Part shown: positions 37,521 to 47,757 of the stretch, in pieces
How positions within the stretch are numbered: the stretch's first letter is position 1
How the letters are laid out: the number at the start of each line of letters is the position of its first letter
From: Bacteroidetes bacterium 43-16
GTDB lineage: Bacteria; Bacteroidota; Bacteroidia; Chitinophagales; Chitinophagaceae
DNA length: 64,000 nt
Assembly: GCA_001897525.1 (NCBI GenBank)
Contig: MKTB01000024.1
Coordinates: 1,480 to 65,479 of the forward strand
Reading direction: 5' to 3'
Translations under genes and position numbers: made by a program
Notes under the pieces: model-generated
The model's database searches: none
Seen by the model: only the letters and a program-made list of their open reading frames with translations
Told to the model about the DNA's origin: nothing

Positions 37521-39617
37521 ATGAAGAAGAGAAAATTCATCCTCTACGCTTGCCTTTTATACGTATTCCTGGCCGGCATTTCATGGAAGGCATTTGCCCA
37601 GGGAGTAAATAACAACTGGCATTTCGGCACCTACAACGAGATCAGTTTCAACTCCGGCACACCCGTTTTCACCCAAAATTCTGCCGTCAGTACCTTTGAA
37701 AGCTCCGCTGCCGTAAGCGATGAAAACGGCGAACTGCTCTTCTATACCATGGGTGCACGCATCTGGGACAGGAACGGCACAGAGATGCCCAATGCCAATG
37801 GCCTCTTAGGGAACGGCCCCTTCAACGGTGGCATCGCTGCAGGCTCCGGCAGAAACAATGTACACATAGTACCCCATCCCGGCAACCCGGACCAGTATTT
37901 TGTTTTCTCTGCAGCAGCCATCGAAACACCGGGCGGAAAAGCTTATTACCATGTAGTAGACATGAGCCTGAATGGCGGACTGGGCGATGTAGTGCCCGGC
38001 ATGAAAAATATTGAGATCATAGAAGCACACGGGAGAGAAGCCTATACCGTCACCAGGGGCATCTGTGGCACCTACTGGTTCATTGGCTCTATGATGACCA
38101 GCCCGGTCTCTTATTACGCCTTTAAGATCGATGAAAACGGCGTGCACCAAAACCCCGTCATTACTTATGTACCCTATCACAATATGGCAGATATAGGTCC
38201 CACCGAGATTACCCGAAACGGTATCGCGATCTCTGCCAGCAGCAATAATGTGATGATGGCAGATTTTGATCAACAAAACGGTACGTTCAGCCATTTCCAG
38301 CTCTTTCCTAATGGACATACCGGGCAATACCTCGAGCTCTCTCCTAATCATGAAAAGTTCTACCTGATCCATTACAATAAGATCTGGCAATACGACCTGG
38401 ACCTCTACCCCAACGTAACGGGTATTGCCGCCACAGCATTGAACCTGGCCCCGGCAACATCGCCCCTTAATGTAACTTATGAAGACCTGAGACAAGCCCC
38501 TAACGGAAGCTTATACGCCGTCCGCCTAAACTTCAATAACCAGTTCCTCGAATCCTATTCCATCGACAAGATCAATAACCCGGATGCCTCCATAGCAGGC
38601 TTTAGCCTCAACGCCCTTCCCATACCTCAAAATGCCCGTTTTATTACCTTCGGCTCCTCCGTACTCCCCCGGCAACAGATCAATAAAATAATCCATCCGC
38701 AAGCCCGCCTGGATACCGTTATCTGCAAGGAGACCGCCATAACATTGCGTAGTCCCTACCCTGATTACAGCTACCAGTGGAGCAATGGAAATATATCTCC
38801 CCAGATCCAGGTGAGCCAGAGTGGCACCTATTGGGTCATTTCAAAATCAACTACAGATTGTACCTGGTACATTGACTCTTTCAAAGTAAGAAAGCAAGAG
38901 CCGGTAAATATAGACCTGGGGCCGGATACCACGATCTGCAAAGGAGATACCGCGCATATCAACGTCTATCAAGCAGGCATTGAACATTATTTATGGAATG
39001 ACGGAGACCCCGGTTTTGAAAAAAACATTACAGAAGCCGGTACCTACCACATCACCGTACAGCAAGGCGGATGTAGCTACTCAGATACCCTGAAGCTAAA
39101 AATAATTGACCCTTATTTCAGGATCATACCCGACGATACTGTTTTGTGTAAAGGAGACTTTTTGAGGCTCAATACCGAAAGCAATATGGACAACCAGGTT
39201 CAATGGGACAATGGACACAATGGTCCTTCTATCGAAATAAATGCACCAGGTAAGTACAGCGCCATTGCACAGAACCTATGCGGTCAATTAAGCGACACCG
39301 TAAATATCGACCCTGTAAATTGCCATTGCAAGCCGGAAATACCTACTGCATTTACCCCTAACGGAGATGGCAAAAATGATGTATTTACCCCTCTCTTAAG
39401 GTCAGACTGTGCACTAAAAGATTTTGAATTCAGCATTTTCAACCGGTATGGCACGAAGATCTATTTTTCAAATACAGCCGGGGCAGGCTGGAACGGCACC
39501 TATAGTAACCAAAAATTAGCCGACAATGGGGTCTATTTTTACCTGGTCAAACTGAGCAATAATTATGGCAATACAGAGCCGGTCATTTATAAAGGCCAGG
39601 TGACCCTGATCCGCTAA
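37521..39617 (+). CDS. T9SS type B sorting (gliding motility-associated C-terminal) domain protein
   Basis: Signal peptide; repeated CxGD..L..YxWxxG Ig-like units; IPTAFTPNGDGKND, IFNRYG, GVYFY, ending VTLIR. Confidence 0.92.
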   Translation: MKKRKFILYACLLYVFLAGISWKAFAQGVNNNWHFGTYNEISFNSGTPVFTQNSAVSTFESSAAVSDENGELLFYTMGARIWDRNGTEMPNANGLLGNGPFNGGIAAGSGRNNVHIVPHPGNPDQYFVFSAAAIETPGGKAYYHVVDMSLNGGLGDVVPGMKNIEIIEAHGREAYTVTRGICGTYWFIGSMMTSPVSYYAFKIDENGVHQNPVITYVPYHNMADIGPTEITRNGIAISASSNNVMMADFDQQNGTFSHFQLFPNGHTGQYLELSPNHEKFYLIHYNKIWQYDLDLYPNVTGIAATALNLAPATSPLNVTYEDLRQAPNGSLYAVRLNFNNQFLESYSIDKINNPDASIAGFSLNALPIPQNARFITFGSSVLPRQQINKIIHPQARLDTVICKETAITLRSPYPDYSYQWSNGNISPQIQVSQSGTYWVISKSTTDCTWYIDSFKVRKQEPVNIDLGPDTTICKGDTAHINVYQAGIEHYLWNDGDPGFEKNITEAGTYHITVQQGGCSYSDTLKLKIIDPYFRIIPDDTVLCKGDFLRLNTESNMDNQVQWDNGHNGPSIEINAPGKYSAIAQNLCGQLSDTVNIDPVNCHCKPEIPTAFTPNGDGKNDVFTPLLRSDCALKDFEFSIFNRYGTKIYFSNTAGAGWNGTYSNQKLADNGVYFYLVKLSNNYGNTEPVIYKGQVTLIR

Positions 39618-39679
39618 ACCCGGCTTTTTAACCACTAAAAAAAATAAACTATTATTTAAACAAATTGTTAACAGAAAAA

Positions 39680-39711
39680 TTTGCCTATCAAGAGAATATA
39701 ACCTATATTTG
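39680..39711 (+). promoter_or_regulatory. Consensus sigma-A promoter with no downstream CDS
   Basis: TTTG (39680-39683), 20-nt spacer, TATATTTG (39704-39711). Confidence 0.7.
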
Positions 39712-39714
39712 ATC

Positions 39715-39820
39715 TGTCAAAAGAAATTTTCCTCCACATTCTCCCGTTTGATAGTAATATCATCTGGCATTGTGGAGGAAAAACTATTTTAAGCCCTGCC
39801 TGTTTGAACTAAAAACAGGT
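39715..39820 (+). ncRNA. Candidate small RNA (two hairpins after the orphan promoter)
   Basis: TTTTCCTCCACA/TGTGGAGGAAAA (39727-39782) and GCCTGTTT/AAACAGGT (39798-39820); no ORF. Confidence 0.35.
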
Positions 39821-39870
39821 ATAAATGCTAAGAAAGATACATTCCTGAGATACAATACCCGAAATAACAA

Positions 39871-39911
39871 ATACCGGGAAACAGGAATGAAATTTCCCCG
39901 CTTCCCGGTAT
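39871..39911 (-). terminator. Terminator of the HYC_CC_PP-HMA-TBDR operon
   Basis: ataccgggaa / ttcccggtat stem with inner pairing; T-rich tail on the minus strand. Confidence 0.7.
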
Positions 39912-39930
39912 CCTAAAATAAGGTACTTGA

Positions 39931-42246
39931 TTACTGGTTTTTAGCGCCTATATTCAATTTAAATCCGGCATAAATATTTCTTCCCATCCCGGACCCCCAG
40001 ACTAAAGAAGCATCAAAGTTTTGCCCGTAAGGGTTAGATGCGCCCATAATAAGCGGATGCTGCATTTCATTCAATATATTCTCTACACCGGCATACACAT
40101 TTAAAAAGCCGTCTTTAAAGACTTTGTTGATCTGGGCATTCATCATCCAGTAAGCAGGCGTATTACCGGAAGCCACAAGGCCATTCTGGTGCTCACTATG
40201 GTGCTGTGGCAAACGCTTGGAGCCGATCCACTGAACCGTGTAGTCAAACTTCCATTGGTTCTTGGTACTATAACCCAGGTTGACAAAGGCACGGTGCGCA
40301 GCTACCAAAGGCTTTTCCAGCAAACCGGACTGGTATTCTGTTTTCACATCATAAAAGCGGTAAGCTAATCTCACATCCAGTAAACGGATAGGCTCATAGT
40401 CCAGCTGTGCCTGGAAACTGTGTGAATAGGATTTGCCCTCCAGGTTGTAAAAATTCACCGAATTATAACCCTCAATATCCGCGATCACCTGGTTGGTAAA
40501 ATTGGTGAAATAATAATCCACGCCAAAAGTTCCATCCCTGTAATTGAGCATAAACTTCTTGGTCAGGTTAAGCCCCATATTCCAGGCCACTTCCGGCTTA
40601 AAGAGATAAGATTCATTGGCGGATAAAGCAGTTACCATATCCGTATTATTATAATAAAAATTCCTGCTGCTGGCCATCAACCCCATATTCTCGGCAAACA
40701 TATTGGCCGTTCTTTGCGCGCGGCCTATAGATGCACGGATCGCGGTTTGTTCATCAGGAGCATAGCGCAGGTGTAAACGGGGCGTTACAAAGGCCCCGAA
40801 AATACTGTTATAATCGCCCCTTAAACCCGCTACCACATTGATCTTATCCATCCATTTATAGGCATATTCCACGAAAGCACCAGGCACTACTTCGGTCCGG
40901 GCCATCGCTGCCCCCATAAACCGCTCATCGTATTTATCCATCAGCGCACTCGCGCCGAACTTAATGACATTATTGGTATTGGAAATGATCGTTTGATAAA
41001 TATAATTGGCATATAGGCTGGTTTGCTTGCCGGTATACTCCCGCTTGCCATATTGATTTTCCTGTTCATGGAAGATACCGGACAGTTGCAGCCCCATGCT
41101 CTTATAAGGCTTTGCGGCATACACTTTCCCTATCTTGGCCCAGGTTTCCAGTCGGTTGACCTTATTCTGGTAGCCCCACGGGTTGCCGACGATCTGCTCC
41201 GTTCCCTTCTTGTAATCGGACTGTCCTCCTGCTGTATTCAAAACAATTGCTTTAAATCCACCCTGGATCTCCAGGCCATTATCACCAAAATAGAACCAGC
41301 GGTTAGACCCTACAAAGTTTGTCCCCATAGGATTGTCCAGGAATCCATCCTTATTCATATCTACCTTCATCCAGTCTCCGCGACCATGCAGGAGCACACT
41401 GGTAGAAAGATGCTTATTGAAATTATGGTTGAGGATCAGGTTACCTTCAGACCTTCCCTGAGAACTCTGGTAACCATTCAACACAATACGGGGTGTTTTC
41501 GCTTCAAAAGGCTTAAGCCACTCCACATTGATCTGGCCTGCCGTTCCTTCAAAACCGTTTACCACGCTACCGGCACCTTTGCTCAACTGCATACTTTCCA
41601 CGAAAGTACCCGGCGTGAAGGTCAGGCCCGTAATGGCGGCAAGGCCGCGGATATCCGGCACATTCTCCCGTGTAAAAGAAGTATAAGCCCCGGCAAGGCC
41701 CAGCATCTGGATCTGTTTATAACCACTCACCGCATCGGTAAAACCAACGTCCACAGAAGGCGTGGTCTCAAAGCTCTCGCTCAGGTTACAGCAGGCCGCT
41801 TTCATCAGCTCTCCAGAGCCTATCTTTTCCACTTTAAAAGCACCGGAAGTACTGATGCTCGTGGTTTGTTTCCTGCCCAGCACCTGCACCGACTTAAGTT
41901 CATCGGCACTAAGCCGGTCTTCCGTCAGGCTTATTTCAAGCCCCTGCAGCTGATCTGCAACAGGCACATCACGGGTGGTGTAGCCAGAGTAGCTGATCTC
42001 TAAAACCTGTACCGTATCAGCCACTTCAATAGTGAATGCACCATTGATATCTGTTACCTGGTTAAATTGTTTATCTTTTGAGTGGATAAAAACCCCGATC
42101 AGTGGTTCTTTAGTCTTGGCATCTATAACGACACCACTTATTGTCTTCGCCACTGTCCTTTGCTCTTGCCCCGTTTCCTGCGCAGAAACGGCATATGCAG
42201 GAGCCAACAATGCGGTCAGCACACTGATCTTAATCATATTTTGCAT
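39931..42246 (-). CDS. TonB-dependent receptor with vicinal-Cys plug motif
   Basis: Signal peptide, carboxypeptidase-regulatory-like N-domain (ISGVVIDAKTKEPLIG), plug KAACCNLSESFET, C-terminal GRNIYAGFKLNI. Start moved to ATG 42246, just after the HMA gene stop. Confidence 0.92.
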   Translation of the reverse strand: MQNMIKISVLTALLAPAYAVSAQETGQEQRTVAKTISGVVIDAKTKEPLIGVFIHSKDKQFNQVTDINGAFTIEVADTVQVLEISYSGYTTRDVPVADQLQGLEISLTEDRLSADELKSVQVLGRKQTTSISTSGAFKVEKIGSGELMKAACCNLSESFETTPSVDVGFTDAVSGYKQIQMLGLAGAYTSFTRENVPDIRGLAAITGLTFTPGTFVESMQLSKGAGSVVNGFEGTAGQINVEWLKPFEAKTPRIVLNGYQSSQGRSEGNLILNHNFNKHLSTSVLLHGRGDWMKVDMNKDGFLDNPMGTNFVGSNRWFYFGDNGLEIQGGFKAIVLNTAGGQSDYKKGTEQIVGNPWGYQNKVNRLETWAKIGKVYAAKPYKSMGLQLSGIFHEQENQYGKREYTGKQTSLYANYIYQTIISNTNNVIKFGASALMDKYDERFMGAAMARTEVVPGAFVEYAYKWMDKINVVAGLRGDYNSIFGAFVTPRLHLRYAPDEQTAIRASIGRAQRTANMFAENMGLMASSRNFYYNNTDMVTALSANESYLFKPEVAWNMGLNLTKKFMLNYRDGTFGVDYYFTNFTNQVIADIEGYNSVNFYNLEGKSYSHSFQAQLDYEPIRLLDVRLAYRFYDVKTEYQSGLLEKPLVAAHRAFVNLGYSTKNQWKFDYTVQWIGSKRLPQHHSEHQNGLVASGNTPAYWMMNAQINKVFKDGFLNVYAGVENILNEMQHPLIMGASNPYGQNFDASLVWGSGMGRNIYAGFKLNIGAKNQ

Positions 42247-42256
42247 CAGCAAAAAA

Positions 42257-42610
42257 TTAATGGGCTTCAACTTCCCTGTAAGCGCAGCAATCGGGAAGCT
42301 TGTTATAATCGTCTTCAGTAGTTTTGGTAGCACCGGCATTGTGCCCGGCCTTGGCCACACTTGCTTCTATTTTAGAAAGGCTGGTCTTTTTCGCATTATA
42401 AACAACTTTCAGTTCTTTCGTTGTTTTATCCCATTCGGCACGTTTCACACCGGGAATATAGGCAGCGTTCTCAATACGTTTTTTACACATACCGCAAGAC
42501 CCCTCCACTAAAATGGTTTCTGATGCTGTTGTTTTTGATTTTTCCTGGGCTTTAAGCGAAGATGTTCCCAGGGCGAAAGTAGCCAGGATGGCCAGAAGAA
42601 TATTTTTCAT
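42257..42610 (-). CDS. Exported heavy-metal-associated (HMA, MerP/CopZ-like) protein
   Basis: Signal peptide, GSCGMCKKRIE (CxxC), C-terminal LPDCCAYR. Confidence 0.9.
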   Translation of the reverse strand: MKNILLAILATFALGTSSLKAQEKSKTTASETILVEGSCGMCKKRIENAAYIPGVKRAEWDKTTKELKVVYNAKKTSLSKIEASVAKAGHNAGATKTTEDDYNKLPDCCAYREVEAH

Positions 42611-42672
42611 TGTTTAATTGTATTAATTATGGATCTTTTAAATGTCATGTTTATACTTGGTACATGAGATCT

Positions 42673-43107
42673 TTACCCGTAATACGTTAAACGCTGAAAT
42701 AGTTTATACAGGGGAATACCCTGCCAGTTCCCCTCAGGTGGGGCATTGGCGGGATATACCGCAATTTTAAAAGCTGCAGGTTCCGGCTGTTCAAAAACAG
42801 GCACGATCTCCGGCACCGGCAATAAGCCTACCTGCAATACCTGCAACTGGGGCAGGTTACTGCTGGAAGACTGATCTACCTTTATCTTCAGGGCAACATC
42901 TTTCTGACTGCAGCAGGATTTTTTATCCGGCTGATCCGCATTTTTCTTTGCCGTATCTTTCTTCACCGGGCAGCAGCAAGGCTTTTCCTTAGCTTTATTG
43001 ACACTGAAAGACTTGAAGTTATTGCCACAGAAATGCAGTTGTACTACCGATCCGGAAACGGACAGGCTGTACATAAACAACATGAATATGGCAATTAGTT
43101 TTTTCAT
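42673..43107 (-). CDS. HYC_CC_PP family protein
   Basis: N-terminal hydrophobic segment, HFCG, CCCP, SCCS, NAPP; upstream of HMA and TBDR genes. Confidence 0.85.
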   Translation of the reverse strand: MKKLIAIFMLFMYSLSVSGSVVQLHFCGNNFKSFSVNKAKEKPCCCPVKKDTAKKNADQPDKKSCCSQKDVALKIKVDQSSSSNLPQLQVLQVGLLPVPEIVPVFEQPEPAAFKIAVYPANAPPEGNWQGIPLYKLFQRLTYYG

Positions 43108-43254
43108 TACGAATTACAAAGATAAAAAGTTTTTTTACTCTTCAAACACCAGCCCGGCAGACTGCTTCAATTTTACAAATATTTTCAGAAATTCTATAAA
43201 ACGTCTTTAACCGTTTAAGATACCTTATTTTTGCAACATAAAAAACAAATTATT

Positions 43255-44331
43255 ATGCATACCGAAGCATGGGAAGACGAAGAATTGGATGAAATAGAAG
43301 ACAATAGTGACACCGCCGGCCCGGAACTGGAAGAACGCGCAAGATTCATTGTAGATAAAGGGCAAAGCCCGGAGCGCATGGACAAATATGTCATGACGCA
43401 CGTGGAAGGCGTTACCCGCAACAAAGTGCAGCAGGCTATTGAAGACCAGATGATACTGGTGGACGGCAAACCTACAAAGGCCAATGTAAAAGTGAAACCC
43501 GGCATGGAGATCGTCTTTATCGAAACCCGCAACCCGGAAAGAACGGATATTATTCCTCAATCCATGGACCTGAGCATCGTCTACGAGGACGATGAGGTAC
43601 TGGTGATCAATAAGCCTGCAGGCATGGTGGTGCATCCCGGCTGCGGTAATTATACAGGTACTTTAGTGAATGGCGTAGCCTGGCACCTGAACCCCGAAGA
43701 GGATAAAGAAAGGATCATAGACCTGCCCAGGATAGGACTGGTACACCGTATTGACAAAGATACCAGCGGCCTGGTCTTATTGGGTAAAACACAGGAAGCT
43801 ATAGAGTTCCTGAGTGCACAGTTCAGGAAACATACCATACACAGGAGATATATCGCACTGGCCTGGGGCCATTTTGCATCGCCGGAAGGTACCATTACCG
43901 CTCATATTGGCCGGAACCCGAGATTCAGGAAGAAAATGGAAGCATTCCCTGATGGTGACTTTGGAAAGCACGCGGTAACGCACTATAAAGTACTGGAGCA
44001 GTTCCACTATGTATCCCTGCTGGAATATCGCCTGGAAACAGGCCGCACGCACCAGATCAGGGTGCACAGCAAGCTCATCGGGCATCCCTTGTTCAATGAT
44101 GCTACTTACGGTGGCGACCGGGTAGTAAAAGGAACGGTCTATACCAAGTACAAACAGTTTGTAGAAAATTGCTTTAAAATGCTGCCCCGCCAGGCACTGC
44201 ATGCACGTGAACTGGGCTTCATTCATCCTAAGACCGGAGAAGAAATGCGTTTTGAAGCGCCTATCCCGGAAGATATGCAATCGGTGATTGAAAAGTGGAG
44301 AAAGTACATAGTTAAAAGCACGGAGGACTAA
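43255..44331 (+). CDS. rluD: RluA family pseudouridine synthase (RluD-like) with S4 domain
   Basis: NKPAGMVVHPG, VHRIDKDTSG (catalytic Asp), AVTHY, LETGRTHQIRVH, RQALHA; ATG 43255. Confidence 0.93.
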   Translation: MHTEAWEDEELDEIEDNSDTAGPELEERARFIVDKGQSPERMDKYVMTHVEGVTRNKVQQAIEDQMILVDGKPTKANVKVKPGMEIVFIETRNPERTDIIPQSMDLSIVYEDDEVLVINKPAGMVVHPGCGNYTGTLVNGVAWHLNPEEDKERIIDLPRIGLVHRIDKDTSGLVLLGKTQEAIEFLSAQFRKHTIHRRYIALAWGHFASPEGTITAHIGRNPRFRKKMEAFPDGDFGKHAVTHYKVLEQFHYVSLLEYRLETGRTHQIRVHSKLIGHPLFNDATYGGDRVVKGTVYTKYKQFVENCFKMLPRQALHARELGFIHPKTGEEMRFEAPIPEDMQSVIEKWRKYIVKSTED

Positions 44332-44538
44332 GCCGCGTATAGAATATTGTCAGCTCAAAATATGTCCATGATCAGTTCTGAAAAGTCAAAATGCTTGTTC
44401 CATTGAATTCGTAGAAATGCGGCAAGCATGAAGCATCAGATTATCTATTTTCAACGGAGTTCAACAGGAGAAATTGGCTTAGCTTTCCAGACAACACAAA
44501 AAAATTCCAGTTATTATAAATTGTATCACCCCGGTTTT

Positions 44539-45678
44539 ATGAAGAAAGTCATTTTAAGCAGCCTGATGCTGTCCTTAAGTACAGGTCTGTTACATGCCCA
44601 GGTATCTTATCAGAATGAAAAAAACAACACGGCTACTATCTGGTCCGAGGAAAACGGTCTTTACTTAAACTGGTACAATAATAATTTTTTTAAGAACAAC
44701 GAATATTTCCTGAATACGGCAAGTGGTTATACCCTCTTCGGTACACAGCATATACCTTCACTCCTGTACAAGCCGAACAAGCATCTTTTTGTACAGGGAG
44801 GCGTATATTTAAAAAAGGATTTCGGCACAGAAGGTTTTGCAAAAGTGGCCCCCTATTACCTGGTGAGCTTACATAAAAACGGCTATAGCCTGAGTTTTGG
44901 TAATATCAATGCCAACATCAACCACAGGATGTATGACCCTATTTTTGCCAATGAGCGCCTGATGACCCATCAGCTGGAAGAAGGCCTGAGCCTGAAAGTA
45001 AACCGGCGTAAAATATATTCGGAAACCTGGATCAACTGGGAAAAACAGCAATATTATTTTTCAGATTTCAATGAGCAGTTCACCATTGGTCACCATACCG
45101 ACCTCAAGCTTTACGAACAGCGAAAATTCAGCATAGGCCTGCCGGTACAGGCATTGGCCATACACAGCGGCGGCCAGCTGGACACTACATCCAACCCTAC
45201 CAGTACGATCGTGAACGTATCGGTCGGCATTAAAGCAGACCTGAAAATAAACAGGAGCAAGAGAAGCATCAACCGCATCGGGTTTAATGCCAATTACCTG
45301 CTTTACAAAGACCTTTCGGCCAATTCAGGCTTAGCCTATTCAGAAGGTAATGCCCTCTATGCCAACCTGAATGTAAAAATGTTCCGCCACTTTCATGCAG
45401 CACTCAGCTACTGGAAGAGCGACCGCTTTATTGCACCTAAAGGTGATATCTTATACCAATCCATCAGCAGTAATCCCAAAAACTTAAATTACCTGGAACA
45501 GAACCGGGAATTAATTCAACTCGGCCTGGCTTATGAGAAGCGAGTGGCAAAGGCCGTAAACCTGAGTGTGCGCCTGCAGCCTTTCTATGATTTCAGCAAT
45601 AGCCGTTTAGACTATTCTTATAGTTTATTTTTAACCCTGCAGCCTAATGTAAGGTTGTTGAAGCAACATATTAATTAG
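44539..45678 (+). CDS. Hypothetical exported protein, probably an outer-membrane beta-barrel
   Basis: Signal MKKVILSSLMLSLSTGLLHA (ATG 44539); many alternating aromatic/hydrophobic strand-like segments. Confidence 0.55.
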   Translation: MKKVILSSLMLSLSTGLLHAQVSYQNEKNNTATIWSEENGLYLNWYNNNFFKNNEYFLNTASGYTLFGTQHIPSLLYKPNKHLFVQGGVYLKKDFGTEGFAKVAPYYLVSLHKNGYSLSFGNINANINHRMYDPIFANERLMTHQLEEGLSLKVNRRKIYSETWINWEKQQYYFSDFNEQFTIGHHTDLKLYEQRKFSIGLPVQALAIHSGGQLDTTSNPTSTIVNVSVGIKADLKINRSKRSINRIGFNANYLLYKDLSANSGLAYSEGNALYANLNVKMFRHFHAALSYWKSDRFIAPKGDILYQSISSNPKNLNYLEQNRELIQLGLAYEKRVAKAVNLSVRLQPFYDFSNSRLDYSYSLFLTLQPNVRLLKQHIN

Positions 45679-45714
45679 GCGCAACAAGAAACTGCATAAA
45701 GAACGACCTATAAG

Positions 45715-45752
45715 AAAAGCGGGCATCTGAAATAGTTCAGATGCCCGCTTTT
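45715..45752. terminator. Bidirectional intrinsic terminator
   Basis: aaaagcgggcatctgaa / ttcagatgcccgctttt between convergent genes. Confidence 0.85.
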
Positions 45753-45777
45753 TGTTTTATAATAAGTTCACAACAGA

Positions 45778-47757
45778 TTAAAAAGCCATGAGTTTATCCA
45801 CCGCCTTATCTAACCTGCCTTTGGCCAGGAAATTCTGTTCCAATTCAATGGCAAACGGGATCGGTGTATCCAGGCTGGCACATCTTACGATAGGTGCATC
45901 TAAATACTGGAAACAGTTTTCAGAGATCCAGGCAGAGATCTCGCCGCCAATACCACCCATCAGGGAGTCTTCATGTAACAACAATACTTTACCCGTGCGT
46001 CGTACACTGGCTTCAATCGCCTCATAATCCAGCGGAGCTAAGGTCCTCAGGTCTAAGATATCTATCGATAATTCAGGATGCTTGTCTGCATAATCTTTAG
46101 CCCAATGTACACCGGCACCATAAGTAATGATCGACACATCACTACCTTCACAGATCAGTTTGGCTTTCCCGATCTCTATTGTATAGTATTCGTCCGGCAC
46201 GCTGCCGCTCACAGAGCGGTAAAGGGCTTTATGCTCAAAGAACATCACCGGGTTAGGATCTTCAAAAGCCGCCAGCAGCAAGCCTTTTGCATCTTCGGGG
46301 CTAGAAGGGTAAACTACTTTCAGACCTGGAGTATGTGTAAACCAGGCTTCATTACTCTGGGAGTGAAAAGGCCCTGCCCCTACGCCTGCACCGGTAGGCA
46401 TACGCACGACTACATCTGCATTCTGTCCCCAGCGGTAATGGATCTTGGCCAGGTTATTAATGATCTGGTTGAAGCCAACGGTCACGAAATCGGCAAACTG
46501 CATTTCCATCATGGACTTGAAGCCTTTGATAGAAAGGCCCAATGCGGTCCCTATGATCGCAGATTCGCAAAGCGGCGTATTGCGCACGCGCTCTTTACCA
46601 TACGCATCCATTAAGCCATCAGTTACTTTAAAGGCACCGCCATAGGCTGCTATATCCTGCCCCATCAGTACCAGGTTAGGATGTTTGTCCATCGCCTGGC
46701 GCATACCATCGCTGATGGCCTGTATAAATTTCTTTTCTGTTTTTGGCATAGCCGTAGTATCGGTATTTGCGGCACTATAAGGCACAAATACATCGGCTAC
46801 TTCTTCAGCCGTATCAGGGGTTATGGAAGGCGCTGCAAAACCGATCTCCAGCCCGGATTCTATCTCTTGCTGGATCTCATTTCTGAAAGCCGTGATGAGG
46901 TCATCCGTCAGTACCTTTTCTTTCTTCAGAAAATCTTCATAGTTCTGTACCGGGTCTTTCTTGCCCCATGCTTCAAACAGTTCTTTAGGTACATATTTCA
47001 CACCGCTCGCTTCCTCATGACCGCGCATACGGAAGGTCATGGCTTCGATCAATATCGGTTTTTGCTCGTGGATACAATATTCACGTGCTGCCGCGATCTC
47101 CTGGTAAACTTCCAGGATATTATTACCATCAATTATTTTTGAGGCCATACCATAGCCAATCGCTTTATCGGCCAATTGTTTACAGATGAACTGTTCGCTG
47201 CTGGGCGTACTTAATCCGTAACCATTATTCTCTATCAGGAAGATCACCGGCAATCCCCATACCGCAGCCGTATTCAGCGCTTCGTGGAAGTCCCCTTCAC
47301 TGGTACCGCCATCTCCTGAAAAAGCCAGGGAGATCTTATCTTCTTTTTTCAGTTTGTGCGCTAAAGCTATACCGTCAGCGATCGCCAGTTGCGGCCCCAG
47401 GTGGGAGATCATACCGCAGATATGGTGCTCATTGCTACCGAAGTGGAAAGAACGCTCCCTGCCTTTGGAGTAGCCGTCTTTCTTACCCTGCCATTGTAAA
47501 AAAAGTTTCGAAAAAGGCATTTTACGTGCCGTAAATACACCCAGGTTCCTGTGCAGAGGCATTATATATTCATCTGTATCCAAGGCCATAGTGGCACCTA
47601 CTGCGATGGCTTCCTGGCCTATGCCGCTAAACCATTTACTCACTCTTCCCTGACGCAGTAAAATCAGCATTTTCTCCTCGATCATACGAGGTTTCAAAAT
47701 CTGTTTGTATAAATCTAAAAGCAGCTCTTTACTGTAACCTTTTGCCTTGAATTGCAT
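45778..47757 (-). CDS. Fused alpha/beta E1 of branched-chain 2-oxoacid dehydrogenase
   Basis: GDGGTSEGDFHEALN (TPP motif), RMRGHEEA, GQDIAAYGG, NTPLCESAI, GPFHSQ; ATG 47757 lies just downstream of a TACCTTTG promoter element. Confidence 0.92.
   Translation of the reverse strand: MQFKAKGYSKELLLDLYKQILKPRMIEEKMLILLRQGRVSKWFSGIGQEAIAVGATMALDTDEYIMPLHRNLGVFTARKMPFSKLFLQWQGKKDGYSKGRERSFHFGSNEHHICGMISHLGPQLAIADGIALAHKLKKEDKISLAFSGDGGTSEGDFHEALNTAAVWGLPVIFLIENNGYGLSTPSSEQFICKQLADKAIGYGMASKIIDGNNILEVYQEIAAAREYCIHEQKPILIEAMTFRMRGHEEASGVKYVPKELFEAWGKKDPVQNYEDFLKKEKVLTDDLITAFRNEIQQEIESGLEIGFAAPSITPDTAEEVADVFVPYSAANTDTTAMPKTEKKFIQAISDGMRQAMDKHPNLVLMGQDIAAYGGAFKVTDGLMDAYGKERVRNTPLCESAIIGTALGLSIKGFKSMMEMQFADFVTVGFNQIINNLAKIHYRWGQNADVVVRMPTGAGVGAGPFHSQSNEAWFTHTPGLKVVYPSSPEDAKGLLLAAFEDPNPVMFFEHKALYRSVSGSVPDEYYTIEIGKAKLICEGSDVSIITYGAGVHWAKDYADKHPELSIDILDLRTLAPLDYEAIEASVRRTGKVLLLHEDSLMGGIGGEISAWISENCFQYLDAPIVRCASLDTPIPFAIELEQNFLAKGRLDKAVDKLMAF

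Noticed and set aside
41023-42003. 326-aa plus-strand ORF inside the TonB receptor gene, and similar long antisense ORFs in RND, ileS and atpA
   Set aside because: No recognisable motifs; fully antisense to well-supported genes, as expected from codon bias.
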